From IMG/VR virus record IMGVR_UViG_3300007963_000001: a DNA stretch of 64,000 nt. The stretch is one strand, 5' to 3'. Both the position numbers and the translations under genes were made by a program. The stretch's first letter is position 1; every line of letters starts with the position of its first letter. Source of the stretch: an uncultured virus (IMG/VR IMGVR_UViG_3300007963_000001) (lineage: Duplodnaviria > Heunggongvirae > Uroviricota > Caudoviricetes). The notes beneath the pieces were generated by a model that was not told the origin of the DNA, did not search any database, and worked only from the letters and a program-made list of their open reading frames with translations. Shown here piece after piece: positions 39,767 through 48,440 of the stretch.

Positions 39767-41970
39767 CAGATAACACCCCTCGCACCACGATATGAGTCCT
39801 TGACAATCTTAGGCATTTCAGTTCTGATAATTGACCTTACATCACTACTTGTCATGTGTCCACCTCCGTTGATGGTAATACTGTCAAAATTGATGGTTAA
39901 TCCACTATTCGATGAGGACACTCCCATAGGTGAAGATTTCTTAGTCAATTCCATATCGTATTTGGTCAATGGAACGAGTGCTTCTCGACCTGCCTCACCG
40001 AAGATACCTGCCGTTGGGTTGTCTGTGATACCACCCGCATGAAACTCATTCGCCACCCCGCCAATTCCACCAGCGAGCGCACCAATACCTGCACCGATTC
40101 CAGTTCCGACAACAGGAACGGCTGAACCAACAACCGCACCACTTGTTGCACCCACAAACATATCACTCAAAATACGCCCCCACCAAGAATCTTCTGCGGC
40201 TTCAAACAGGTCTGCTATTTTTTCCAATAGCCAAAATACAGGCTTCATAAGAGTGCCGAGAATCTTCATCGCATTTGCGAATGCTTTGATGAATGGAACT
40301 GCCAATCGGAATGCTACCATTGCCCTGTCAACAAACGAAGGTAATCCAGCAATAAGTGGCAAGAGGTCATCTGCAATTGCATCTCTCAGTTCAATCCACT
40401 CATCCTTGTTGTCTGCGAGGGTGTATGCAACATTCTTGAGAGATGATGCAATCTTGCCGTCATTAGCCGAAGCAAGACCAATCAGTTCGGCAAATAATTC
40501 CCCGACAACAATCCTCGTTTCTTCAAACGCTGAGATGACTTGTTTGATTTGATAATCCACAGTTTGCTTCACGGTTTTCAGATAACTTTCTGTCGCCCCC
40601 TCTGCGAGATAATTGGCTTCAACAAGGTCAAGGAATCCTTGCCTCTGACCCATCAAAGCCATGATTGCAGTTCCACCACGAACAGAGAAGATTTCCAGTA
40701 TCTCTGCGGTAGTTGCACCTGAGTCTGCAAGTTGATTTACCACATCGCTCAGTGAGGTCAAACCCATTGTCTGAGAAGTGACTACTTCGTTGAGTGAATT
40801 GTATTGTTTCTCTTGCTCTGCGAGGACTTTGTTTTGCTTCTTTGCATCTCTCTGAGCAATCCGTTGTTTGAGTGACACACTGAACTGCTCAACAGATAGT
40901 GCTTGATTTGCTTCCTCTAACTTTTGGATTCTCTTGATTTCATCTGCCGTGAGTTGTCGACCCTCGCGGTCTGCTCTTGCACGAATCTGCATAATGGCGA
41001 GTTGGTTCTTCTGTTGGTCAATTGAAATATCATCTAACTTTCCATTCAGAATATCCATTGCCGCAGATGTTTTCTCAACTTGTGCTTTCATACTGCCTAT
41101 CGAAGTCGACAGGCCAACCATTGTATTTCTCGCAGATTCTCCGGCTGGAGTCAAAGTCAGGAAGTTCAAACCGAGTCTATCCATGACTCGCCTTGCATCA
41201 TCTGTCGGACTCAACAACTTGTTGATGGACATACGCAGACCTGTGCCAGCGATAGTTCCCTGTAATCCCGCGTCACCGAGCGCACCCACTGCCGCCGCCG
41301 CTTCCTCGATTTCAAGACCCGCCGCATTAGCAGTTGGGGCAAGAAACTTCATCGCCATTCCGAGAGTTGTCAGGTCAACGAAAGATGAGGTCATGGTTGT
41401 GACGAATACATCCATCACTCTGTCCATATCTTCAATCGCAATGCCCATACCTTTGACACTGGAAATTACAATTCCAGCCGCAGATTCGACATCAACACCA
41501 GCAACCACCGAGAAGTCAACAAGACTCTTGATTGCACCTTCTGTTTCATTACCTAATTCTTCAAATCGCAGACCTGCTAATGCAAGGACATTTCCAGCCC
41601 TTGCAACCTCTGATGCTGTCGCCTGAGATTCTTTTGCAATGTTGCGAATAACCATCTCAAGGTCTTGCATTGACTCATTGATTTCTCCGGTTTCTCGATT
41701 GGTTTCACCGAGAGTCGCGGCCATCCTTGCCATAGCAAGTTCAAACTCAACGAAAGTAGTGACTGATTTCTTGAGATATCTGAAAGTCAAAGCCACACCA
41801 AGAGTAGCCGCCGCTATTGTTGCCTGAGCCATTCTTTTGCCTATCTTCGCCAAATCGAGGCTGATGGATTTGCCGGATGCTTCTGATGCCGCCGCACCAG
41901 CCGCCATCGCATTTTGCAGACCCTTTGAATCACCGTCAATCAGAACAGCCATTCGGACATCTTGAGCCAT
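39766..41970 (-). CDS. Tail tape measure protein (TP901-like core)
   Basis: LGDAGLQGTIAGTGLR, helical composition, hydrophobic stretches, FHAGG...GEAGREALVPL. Confidence 0.92.
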   Translation of the reverse strand: MAQDVRMAVLIDGDSKGLQNAMAAGAAASEASGKSISLDLAKIGKRMAQATIAAATLGVALTFRYLKKSVTTFVEFELAMARMAATLGETNRETGEINESMQDLEMVIRNIAKESQATASEVARAGNVLALAGLRFEELGNETEGAIKSLVDFSVVAGVDVESAAGIVISSVKGMGIAIEDMDRVMDVFVTTMTSSFVDLTTLGMAMKFLAPTANAAGLEIEEAAAAVGALGDAGLQGTIAGTGLRMSINKLLSPTDDARRVMDRLGLNFLTLTPAGESARNTMVGLSTSIGSMKAQVEKTSAAMDILNGKLDDISIDQQKNQLAIMQIRARADREGRQLTADEIKRIQKLEEANQALSVEQFSVSLKQRIAQRDAKKQNKVLAEQEKQYNSLNEVVTSQTMGLTSLSDVVNQLADSGATTAEILEIFSVRGGTAIMALMGQRQGFLDLVEANYLAEGATESYLKTVKQTVDYQIKQVISAFEETRIVVGELFAELIGLASANDGKIASSLKNVAYTLADNKDEWIELRDAIADDLLPLIAGLPSFVDRAMVAFRLAVPFIKAFANAMKILGTLMKPVFWLLEKIADLFEAAEDSWWGRILSDMFVGATSGAVVGSAVPVVGTGIGAGIGALAGGIGGVANEFHAGGITDNPTAGIFGEAGREALVPLTKYDMELTKKSSPMGVSSSNSGLTINFDSITINGGGHMTSSDVRSIIRTEMPKIVKDSYRGARGVI

Positions 41971-41975
41971 TTTTT

Positions 41976-42161
41976 TCACTTCCTTCTTGCTCTCTCTCTC
42001 GCTTGTTTTTCACGCTCTATTTTCTCGGCAAACGCCGACCAAAGAAACAAAGAATCTCTTGGGTCTAACTCTCGCCACTCTTGAGGGGTTATTCCGATTT
42101 CGGTCAGAATGTGGAATAGAAATTGACCTTCGTTTGTTTTCGCATAATTCAGGACTTTCCC
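41976..42161 (-). CDS. -1 frameshift extension of the tail assembly chaperone (gpGT-like)
   Basis: Slippery GGGAAAG at 42161-42155; -1 frame reads GKVLNYAKTNEGQFLFHILTEIGITPQEWRELDPRDSLFLWSAFAEKIEREKQARERARRK*. Confidence 0.8.
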   Translation of the reverse strand, partial: GKVLNYAKTNEGQFLFHILTEIGITPQEWRELDPRDSLFLWSAFAEKIEREKQARERARRK

Positions 42162-42484
42162 AGCGCACCTTCTGTTGGCGAACCAACTGCGCTGGTGACT
42201 CTGACAGCCAACTCACCGAGCAAAGACATTGGGAGTTGTCTGAACTTATTCCAAGACAATGTTTCATCACACTTGGAGAGCATCTCATAGACGACTCGCA
42301 ATCCAAGTAATTCATTCCTATCTTCACCTGACAATCTTGCAATTTCAGGCTCAGATTTGAGGATTTGGAACTCGTTTGCAGAGAGGGGCTTTGCTTGTAA
42401 TGTCTTGATGCCAAGTCCGATGCCTTCGACATCAACATCAATCGGGTTATTTGCTTGCTCAATTGCGGAATCCAACCATGACAT
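42149..42484 (-). CDS. Tail assembly chaperone (gpG-like)
   Basis: Between tail tube and tape measure; ends ALGKS at the slippery site. Confidence 0.85.
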   Translation of the reverse strand: MSWLDSAIEQANNPIDVDVEGIGLGIKTLQAKPLSANEFQILKSEPEIARLSGEDRNELLGLRVVYEMLSKCDETLSWNKFRQLPMSLLGELAVRVTSAVGSPTEGALGKS

Positions 42485-42554
42485 ACTTTTGGCCTCTCTG
42501 TGTGGTCAAAAGTCGTAGCCCCACCGTTATGAAGGAAGTGGTTAGAGGCGATGC

Positions 42555-42950
42555 TCAAGCATCCCTCGACCAATTCAATCCCTCAAATGAGGCGTTAATC
42601 ATCAAAGCACCTTCTGAACCTGCTTCAAGCCCTTCAACTGATAGGTCTGTGAGGACACAAGTTATGGCAGTGTAGGTGTGTGTTCCAGCACTGTCAGAAT
42701 CGAATGCGATATCGAACTCTGCATCTGTGTTGAACCATGTGTAAAGGGTCGAGTCAGATATTCCCCATGCTCTCTTGAGAGTGCCTGAAACTGCTTTCAA
42801 TCCTCTTGTGTGCGCGGTTGCTGTATTTCCACCCAAAGTCGTGTATTTGCCCGTTGCAGTTGCAAGTGTCAAGTCGCCACTAACGAAGCCCACTACATTC
42901 CCTGATGCGGTTATTTTTCCAGTGACTCCTGTAAATGAGTGAACTGCCAT
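42555..42950 (-). CDS. Major tail tube protein
   Basis: 131 aa, beta-rich; position upstream of chaperone and tape measure. Confidence 0.8.
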   Translation of the reverse strand: MAVHSFTGVTGKITASGNVVGFVSGDLTLATATGKYTTLGGNTATAHTRGLKAVSGTLKRAWGISDSTLYTWFNTDAEFDIAFDSDSAGTHTYTAITCVLTDLSVEGLEAGSEGALMINASFEGLNWSRDA

Positions 42951-42969
42951 GAACCCAAAGGCAGTTGTC

Positions 42970-42988
42970 GGGGATATTAACTGAATCG
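42970..42988 (-). promoter_or_regulatory. Class-III (structural gene) promoter
   Basis: CGATTCAGTTAATATCCCC, identical 19-mer at 50116-50134. Confidence 0.7.
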
Positions 42989-42995
42989 GTTAGAC

Positions 42996-43313
42996 TCACT
43001 TCTTCTGTTTAGCCCGTCTTTCCTTCTGCAATCTATCAATCAATGCCTTCGATTTTACCTTCCCATCCTTCGGGTCAATTTGAAGATACCCTGCCCTTCT
43101 TCCATCTTGTCTTTCCAACTCACACAAATTACACCTGTGGTCGGAATCCTCAGTGTGTAATTCAGCCCCCATATTGGTTAATTCTGAAACGAATCTTATC
43201 CGAGAATCTCCCTGTGGAAAATCGACTGGAATGATGCACCTGAGATTGTGGTGTTCACACTTGCATCTCCACTTCTTTCCACAGGACACAGCCTTCTTGA
43301 TTTTCTTGCTCAT
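42996..43313 (-). CDS. Basic Cys/His-rich protein
   Basis: CKCEHH...C...HRCNLC. Confidence 0.7.
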   Translation of the reverse strand: MSKKIKKAVSCGKKWRCKCEHHNLRCIIPVDFPQGDSRIRFVSELTNMGAELHTEDSDHRCNLCELERQDGRRAGYLQIDPKDGKVKSKALIDRLQKERRAKQKK

Positions 43314-43316
43314 ATC

Positions 43317-44672
43317 TCACATCCCCAGTGTTGCGTGTCTGCCCAGTGGGTGTTTGGTAGTTGCGGCTTTTCTGAGAATCCTTTCTGCTTGGTCAACTAT
43401 GACTTCCCAATCGAGATTTTCCACTGCGAAATCTCTCGCATTCCTTCCAAGTTCTTCCACGATTTCAGGATTATCAATTGCAGATTGCATCGCAAGTTGT
43501 AGGGCTTCGATATCGACCAGCCCCATATTGACTGACCACTTTCCACCGCAAATCGAAGTCACGCATTTCACCAACCATCCCCTGTCGGCTTCGACAACCT
43601 CTTGCCCATCTGCCAGTTTTCCACCAGTGAGTTCTGACCCAGTGCTATTATCGGGCAGAATGATTGGGATTCCAGTGGACATTGCTTCTGCACTTGGAAC
43701 TCCAAATCCTTCTCCACCAGTAGCCAACACATGAACATCTGAAACTGCATATACCATAGCCAGTTCTTCTCTGCTCAAACCCATCAGTGGATTGTTGCCT
43801 TTGTCTGTGAACCGAACATTATCCAGCAAGTCCATCTGCCTGAGAGTTAATGGCAAATCCCAGCCACCCATTCCCATCGTATCGGTAGCATCTCCACAGT
43901 GGATTAGAAGTCCTATTGAATTGGGGTCATCTGCCTCATCGAGAAGATTCCTAAATGCTTGCAGAAGTCTTGGTATCTGTTTTCGATTTGTGTTGCGGCC
44001 AACAGAGGAAAAAATGAACTTCCAATGGGGGATTCCGAACTTCTCCTTGATGACTTCCTTCTGTTCTTCCGATATAGGGGCAAATACAGGCGTATCAACG
44101 CCGTGTAGTAGCACTTCCCCTCCCTTACCCCTATATCGGTCAAGGAGAGGCTCTCGTAGCGTCTTAGAGGCATTTCCTCCACTGTGGTAGTCATCAATGA
44201 AGTCTGAGAATACCTCTTTTCCAAAATTAGCCATCCAAAGGGGCGTGTGAAGCATCTTGAGGACATCTTTCCAAGCGTAGGATATTGGATATCCGTCAAT
44301 CGGCATATAGGCAACATAGGGAATCTCCATACGATTTGTGCTGACCACTGACGAACCGATATAGAACGGGTCGTTGAGTGTGAAATAGAGGTCGGGCTTT
44401 AGTCGCATCAGATGGTATTCCAAGACTGTCGGGCTTTGGTCGCCACTGAGCCTCTCAGCACCATATCCTGAGATGCCAGCATGAACCATTGTCCAACCTT
44501 CTTCGTGCTTGAAATCCTCGCCATTGTAATCCCAACCCATGATGAAAACTTCGTGTCCTCTCTCGACTAATCTCTTGCAGATTTCTCTTGTCACCGTTCC
44601 ATATCCAGTTGGCCTTGTTGGTTGCTCTGAACCCCACAGGATTCTGAGTTTCTTGTCTGTCGACTTCGACAT
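43317..44672 (-). CDS. GT-B glycosyltransferase (GT4-like)
   Basis: PTGYG, HGVD, VGRNTNRK, GEGFGVPSAEAMSTG. Confidence 0.92.
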   Translation of the reverse strand: MSKSTDKKLRILWGSEQPTRPTGYGTVTREICKRLVERGHEVFIMGWDYNGEDFKHEEGWTMVHAGISGYGAERLSGDQSPTVLEYHLMRLKPDLYFTLNDPFYIGSSVVSTNRMEIPYVAYMPIDGYPISYAWKDVLKMLHTPLWMANFGKEVFSDFIDDYHSGGNASKTLREPLLDRYRGKGGEVLLHGVDTPVFAPISEEQKEVIKEKFGIPHWKFIFSSVGRNTNRKQIPRLLQAFRNLLDEADDPNSIGLLIHCGDATDTMGMGGWDLPLTLRQMDLLDNVRFTDKGNNPLMGLSREELAMVYAVSDVHVLATGGEGFGVPSAEAMSTGIPIILPDNSTGSELTGGKLADGQEVVEADRGWLVKCVTSICGGKWSVNMGLVDIEALQLAMQSAIDNPEIVEELGRNARDFAVENLDWEVIVDQAERILRKAATTKHPLGRHATLGM

Positions 44673-44716
44673 AATTTTGGTGGGCAGTTCCCACCGTTAT
44701 GAAATGCTGGATTTTC

Positions 44717-44753
44717 AAAAAAAAAAAGGAGAGCCGCCATCAGGCGACCCTCC
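44717..44753 (-). terminator. Hairpin plus T-tract terminator
   Basis: minus strand ggagggtcgcc-tgat-ggcggctctcc-T11. Confidence 0.75.
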
Positions 44754-44789
44754 AGTTTTGATTGGGTGTAAGACCCCTAATTTTCCATC

Positions 44790-45032
44790 TCAATAGATAC
44801 CAGCGAGTTCTCCCCCAGTCATGGTAGCCCCATCGTGCTTTCCGCCGTTTCCATCTCCACACATCCAACCCGAAGGTGCGAGGTAAATGATGTAGCGGCA
44901 GACAACTGCCTTCACCAAATCTTCTTGACGGAAATCGTCAAGGAAAATGTATGCCTGTATAACAGTCAAATCCCGTAGGTCTTTCCTCTTTGTCATCCAT
45001 GCTATTGCTTCATTTTTTCTGTCGTTATTCAT
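44790..45032 (-). CDS. Hypothetical protein (accessory cassette)
   Basis: 80 aa; GGAG RBS within the direct repeat. Confidence 0.7.
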   Translation of the reverse strand: MNNDRKNEAIAWMTKRKDLRDLTVIQAYIFLDDFRQEDLVKAVVCRYIIYLAPSGWMCGDGNGGKHDGATMTGGELAGIY

Positions 45033-45343
45033 TTTTTCATCTCCTTTTTTTCATTTCATTTCTTGGTGGAATCAGTATAGTGTGACATACCGAATATACA
45101 CACCCCACTTGCCGTTTGACACTTGCTTTACAATCGCTCGGCAAACTTGCCCGTTGTGTTCTTTTCCTGTTCCGCACTGTCGAATCATGGATGCTTCATT
45201 CTTGGCTTCGTGCTTGTAATCGAATGCGAATCGAAGGGTATATTCGTAGCCACGAAACTCGGTGTGATAATCTTCGTCTGTGTATTCTGTTGTGTTCATT
45301 TTTTCATCTCCTTTTTTCATTTCATTTCTTGGTGGAATCAGTA
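45028..45343. repeat. ~50-bp direct repeats (45028-45077, 45295-45343) flanking one gene
   Basis: ttcattttttcatctcctttttt(t)catttcatttcttggtggaatcagta occurs twice. Confidence 0.9.
45072..45299 (-). CDS. Hypothetical protein (accessory cassette)
   Basis: MNTTEYTDEDY...; start lies in the repeat. Confidence 0.7.
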   Translation of the reverse strand: MNTTEYTDEDYHTEFRGYEYTLRFAFDYKHEAKNEASMIRQCGTGKEHNGQVCRAIVKQVSNGKWGVYIRYVTLY

Positions 45344-45745
45344 GTTCCCATAGACCGCATAGCAGTGGGTGATTTTTCGTGAATCTCTCTGTCGTGGGTC
45401 GGTGTCGGTGTGGGTAGTTCCGTCAGGTAGTGTTAGGATGACATGACCATCGACTCTGATGATGTAGCCAATGATTACTCCAACTGTGTCTGTTGCAGAT
45501 ACCTTTGCGAGAGTCTTTCGTGCGCCACCGACTGACTTGCCCTTGACCTTTGACATTCGGCTTCTTACTGTGTATGTGGTTCGTGCGGCTCGCACTAAGT
45601 CGGAGATTGTGTGTAGGTATCGGACTTGGTGAGCGACTCCGAGAGCCTTTGCAACCTCAAGAGCGCAGATGTTCTTGTTGTTGTTCTCAGGGTTGTTGCT
45701 TCCGCCCTTGTAGTAGTCGCGTAGTTGCTTTGCTGTGTAGGTCAT
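45338..45745 (-). CDS. Possible papain/C39-like small protein
   Basis: NICALEVAKALG...YIIRVDGHVI...DG...TDTD. Confidence 0.55.
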   Translation of the reverse strand: MTYTAKQLRDYYKGGSNNPENNNKNICALEVAKALGVAHQVRYLHTISDLVRAARTTYTVRSRMSKVKGKSVGGARKTLAKVSATDTVGVIIGYIIRVDGHVILTLPDGTTHTDTDPRQRDSRKITHCYAVYGNY

Positions 45746-45827
45746 GTAATGACCTACGCGGGGCTTCCCCTATATCAATAGATAGGGTAAATCAATGGTT
45801 TTTCCTCTCAAAATTGTGTTTTCTGAC
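45737..45827 (-). promoter_or_regulatory. Class-I promoter with start-codon hairpin
   Basis: GTCAGAAAACACAATTTTGA, ATTGATATAGGGGAAGCCC, GTAGGTCAT-TAC-ATGACCTAC. Confidence 0.8.
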
Positions 45828-46185
45828 CACGCCGAGTGTATTCTTGTTGATGCCGGATTCGATGGCAATTTGCACACAGGATTACACATTTCTCCATCTC
45901 TGTGAGCATTCTCTCCTGAGAATATCCATCGTGAACCATCATATTGAGAGTCATGTGTTTGGTTGATGAGTCTAAGTGATGGAACTCTAAGACCCACGAA
46001 TGAGGATAGCCGGAGATGTTGCAATCGGCACAATTTGAATCGTGTTTGATTTGCTTATACCAATCTTTCAATTGCCTCTTTCTTTCTCTAACATTGTGTC
46101 GATGAGAGGCCGAGTTTTCTTGGTATCTTTTCTTCTGATACCTACGATTGTAAGCGGCTCGTTTCGCTGGGTCTTTGTAAGGAAT
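45808..46185 (-). CDS. HNH endonuclease (probable ATT start)
   Basis: CADC...LEFHHLD...LCANCHRIRH; frame open upstream to IPYKDPAKR. Confidence 0.8.
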   Translation of the reverse strand: MPYKDPAKRAAYNRRYQKKRYQENSASHRHNVRERKRQLKDWYKQIKHDSNCADCNISGYPHSWVLEFHHLDSSTKHMTLNMMVHDGYSQERMLTEMEKCVILCANCHRIRHQQEYTRRGQKTQF

Positions 46186-46227
46186 GAAACAAGGCTTCTC
46201 AAGTGGCGTTATTGATGGTTCTGATGC

Positions 46228-46608
46228 TCACTTTCGTTTTCCGCCAAAATACGCAACTCCATGATTTTCTGAAATTAGTTTTTCAGCAACATCATAGGTT
46301 GCACCACCTGTCGAAACCGACAGCGAACCAAGACACCTTCCGAACTTTCCGACACCATGAGATTGCAGAATAATTTTGTCTGCTTCGGCAATCATTTCCT
46401 TGAGTCGGTCTTTGGCCGCAAAGCCCCGCTTCTTTTCCTCTAAATCTCTCGTTCTTGTTTCAGGAGTATTCAATCCATAAATCCTGATTCGGATATTGTG
46501 ATGGACTTTGAATCCCAAGTCAATTCTTGCGTCAACTGTGTCGCCATCGACAACACGGAGAACCTTGATTCTGTATTGATACAAACTCTCACAGTGACCT
46601 TGCTTCAT
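46228..46608 (-). CDS. Thermonuclease (SNase-like); true start probably TTG 46584
   Basis: RVVDGDTVD, RIYGLNTPE, GKFGRCLG. Confidence 0.9.
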   Translation of the reverse strand: MKQGHCESLYQYRIKVLRVVDGDTVDARIDLGFKVHHNIRIRIYGLNTPETRTRDLEEKKRGFAAKDRLKEMIAEADKIILQSHGVGKFGRCLGSLSVSTGGATYDVAEKLISENHGVAYFGGKRK

Positions 46609-47029
46609 CTGAGTTCTTGATACCCAAGACGAAGTTCTCCAAAGTCAGTGTGTTGTGGAATGTCAGAGCCTTTCTGTAATGACTCAATTCAAACTCAGAA
46701 GCCTCTCTCTTGCAGTATTCCTCAAACACCGCACCAATGAAAACTTCGATGTCTGCTTCCTCATCATAATCGACATCTGTGATATCAGCAAGAGATGGTA
46801 AATCAGGGTGTTCGTAGTCAGGTTCAACGGCTACTTCCTCGACTACTTCCTCGACTACTTCCTCGACTACTTCCTCGACTACTTCCTCTGTGGATTCATC
46901 ATCCCAATCAACGACTGGGGCGAGCCTCTCAGCAAGTTCTGCTTTGCTACCTTCCGTATCGAGTTCATGCTTCTCGCAGAGTGCGACAAGTTCAGCCTTC
47001 TTCAAATCCATTAGACCCATAACCACCAA
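46589..47029 (-). CDS. SAP-domain acidic protein with EEVV repeats
   Basis: KKAELVALCEKHELDTEGSKAELAERL; 12-bp tandem repeat near 46831-46888. Confidence 0.8.
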   Translation of the reverse strand: MVVMGLMDLKKAELVALCEKHELDTEGSKAELAERLAPVVDWDDESTEEVVEEVVEEVVEEVVEEVAVEPDYEHPDLPSLADITDVDYDEEADIEVFIGAVFEEYCKREASEFELSHYRKALTFHNTLTLENFVLGIKNSDEARSL

Positions 47030-47063
47030 CGGCTTATTCGGGGTTAATCAAGGAATCGGAGAA

Positions 47064-47585
47064 TCATTCATTCCAACGGCAAGAAACGGTGATTTCGGCT
47101 CGATATCCAGTTATCTCAGACTTCTCATTATCCATTCCACAGTCCTTGTCTTTGAACTCGATTGTCTTGCCTTCCTCAGAGCGAACTACTCTAACGAAAT
47201 GATATCCACTTCCACCCACCCCAGTCATACCACTTCCCGATTGTGGTGAGGTCAAAGTTTGGTTATTCAAAACCAACATTGCCTTCTGAAATAATGACCA
47301 TAATTTTGCTCTCGTATCTGCGTAAAGGCAGATGTTGTAATACCCAGTCACCATGTTCGCTTGAGTTGTTGAACTACCACCTGTGAGATTGATTGAACGA
47401 CTGTCCGTATAGAGAGGATAGATGGATATTTGGTAGGTCTTTTGACGCTTGTATTCAAGCCATCCTGAATTGACCACTGGAGTCCAAACTCCATCGGGTG
47501 AAGTCATGTTTGTTGTGAGCAGACTTGCCAGCATTGAGTGTGGGTCTGTTGTTGGAACTCCTGTGCTTGCTATCGACACCGACAC
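47064..47585 (-). CDS. Putative tail terminator/completion protein
   Basis: Position after the adaptor; alpha/beta pattern ending YRAEITVSCRW. Confidence 0.6.
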   Translation of the reverse strand: MSVSIASTGVPTTDPHSMLASLLTTNMTSPDGVWTPVVNSGWLEYKRQKTYQISIYPLYTDSRSINLTGGSSTTQANMVTGYYNICLYADTRAKLWSLFQKAMLVLNNQTLTSPQSGSGMTGVGGSGYHFVRVVRSEEGKTIEFKDKDCGMDNEKSEITGYRAEITVSCRWNE

Positions 47586-47590
47586 GCACC

Positions 47591-48277
47591 TCAGTAATTC
47601 CCATCCAATCCAAAAGTTGCAACTGCAACAGTTGAATGCCTCTTGACAAGTTCCAACATTTCCTTCAAATCACTCTCAGATGACTTGAGTAATCTTGACC
47701 ACATTTCCTTGACCCTCTCCATACATCCTTCGTCATTCAGAGCCGAGCGAGCCGCGTTCCTTGCGACCATCATTATCGTAGCCATTTTTGCTTCGATAGT
47801 TGGGGTTGCATTACCAGCGATATACACTGCTTTCATAGCCACTACCCCATCGTCTGTGAACTGCCCCATGAACCTAACAATACCAGCGTCTTTGTCATGC
47901 AACCAGTAGTCATCTGTGTTGCGAACCCTTCCCTGCACAAGAGCCGTTTCAGCACCGCTATCATCAATGGTGTAAATGTTGGTAATTGAAGCAACTGGTC
48001 GAACCGCCAGCACAATATGTTTCGTGAATAAATTGACATCAAAATACTCCGTTGCCTGAACTGTTCCAGCAACCTGAACACCAGCGTATGCATCAACCAA
48101 TCTTGATGCATTTCCAATCATTGAAGCAATCTGTGCTTCGGTAGCACCAATGCCTTCTGAGAAGTCAACTCCTGTGTATGCTTCAACATCAGCGAGAGTG
48201 CAATAATCAATCGCAGAAGTTGCACCTTCATCGACAATTAACTGCCCCATTGACCAGCCGATTGCCATTAACAACAC
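47591..48277 (-). CDS. Head-tail adaptor (gp6/gp15-like)
   Basis: YCTLADVEAY...ASRLVDAY, VYIAG. Confidence 0.82.
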   Translation of the reverse strand: MLLMAIGWSMGQLIVDEGATSAIDYCTLADVEAYTGVDFSEGIGATEAQIASMIGNASRLVDAYAGVQVAGTVQATEYFDVNLFTKHIVLAVRPVASITNIYTIDDSGAETALVQGRVRNTDDYWLHDKDAGIVRFMGQFTDDGVVAMKAVYIAGNATPTIEAKMATIMMVARNAARSALNDEGCMERVKEMWSRLLKSSESDLKEMLELVKRHSTVAVATFGLDGNY

Positions 48278-48440
48278 ACTCCGTTTATTTCCACGATAAT
48301 GCCACCGAAGGTGTAGCCAATCTCAACCATATTGAAAGGCTCGCCTGTGGTGGTTTATCACCATGCTCGACAGACCCAGCCTGTCGACTGATTATAGCCG
48401 TCAGACTGTATGCCGTTAGGCAAGGTCTGCTTCAACAGTT

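Noticed and set aside
42010..42573. 187-aa minus-strand ORF overlapping the tail chaperone
   Set aside because: Alternative frame; the region is explained by the chaperone and its -1 extension
45028..45343. Direct repeats as a CRISPR mini-array
   Set aside because: Only two copies, the spacer is a whole gene, and the repeat consists of stop/RBS/start signals
48290..48440. ncRNA downstream of the capsid gene
   Set aside because: Only short stems such as TCGACAG/CTGTCGA; too little support
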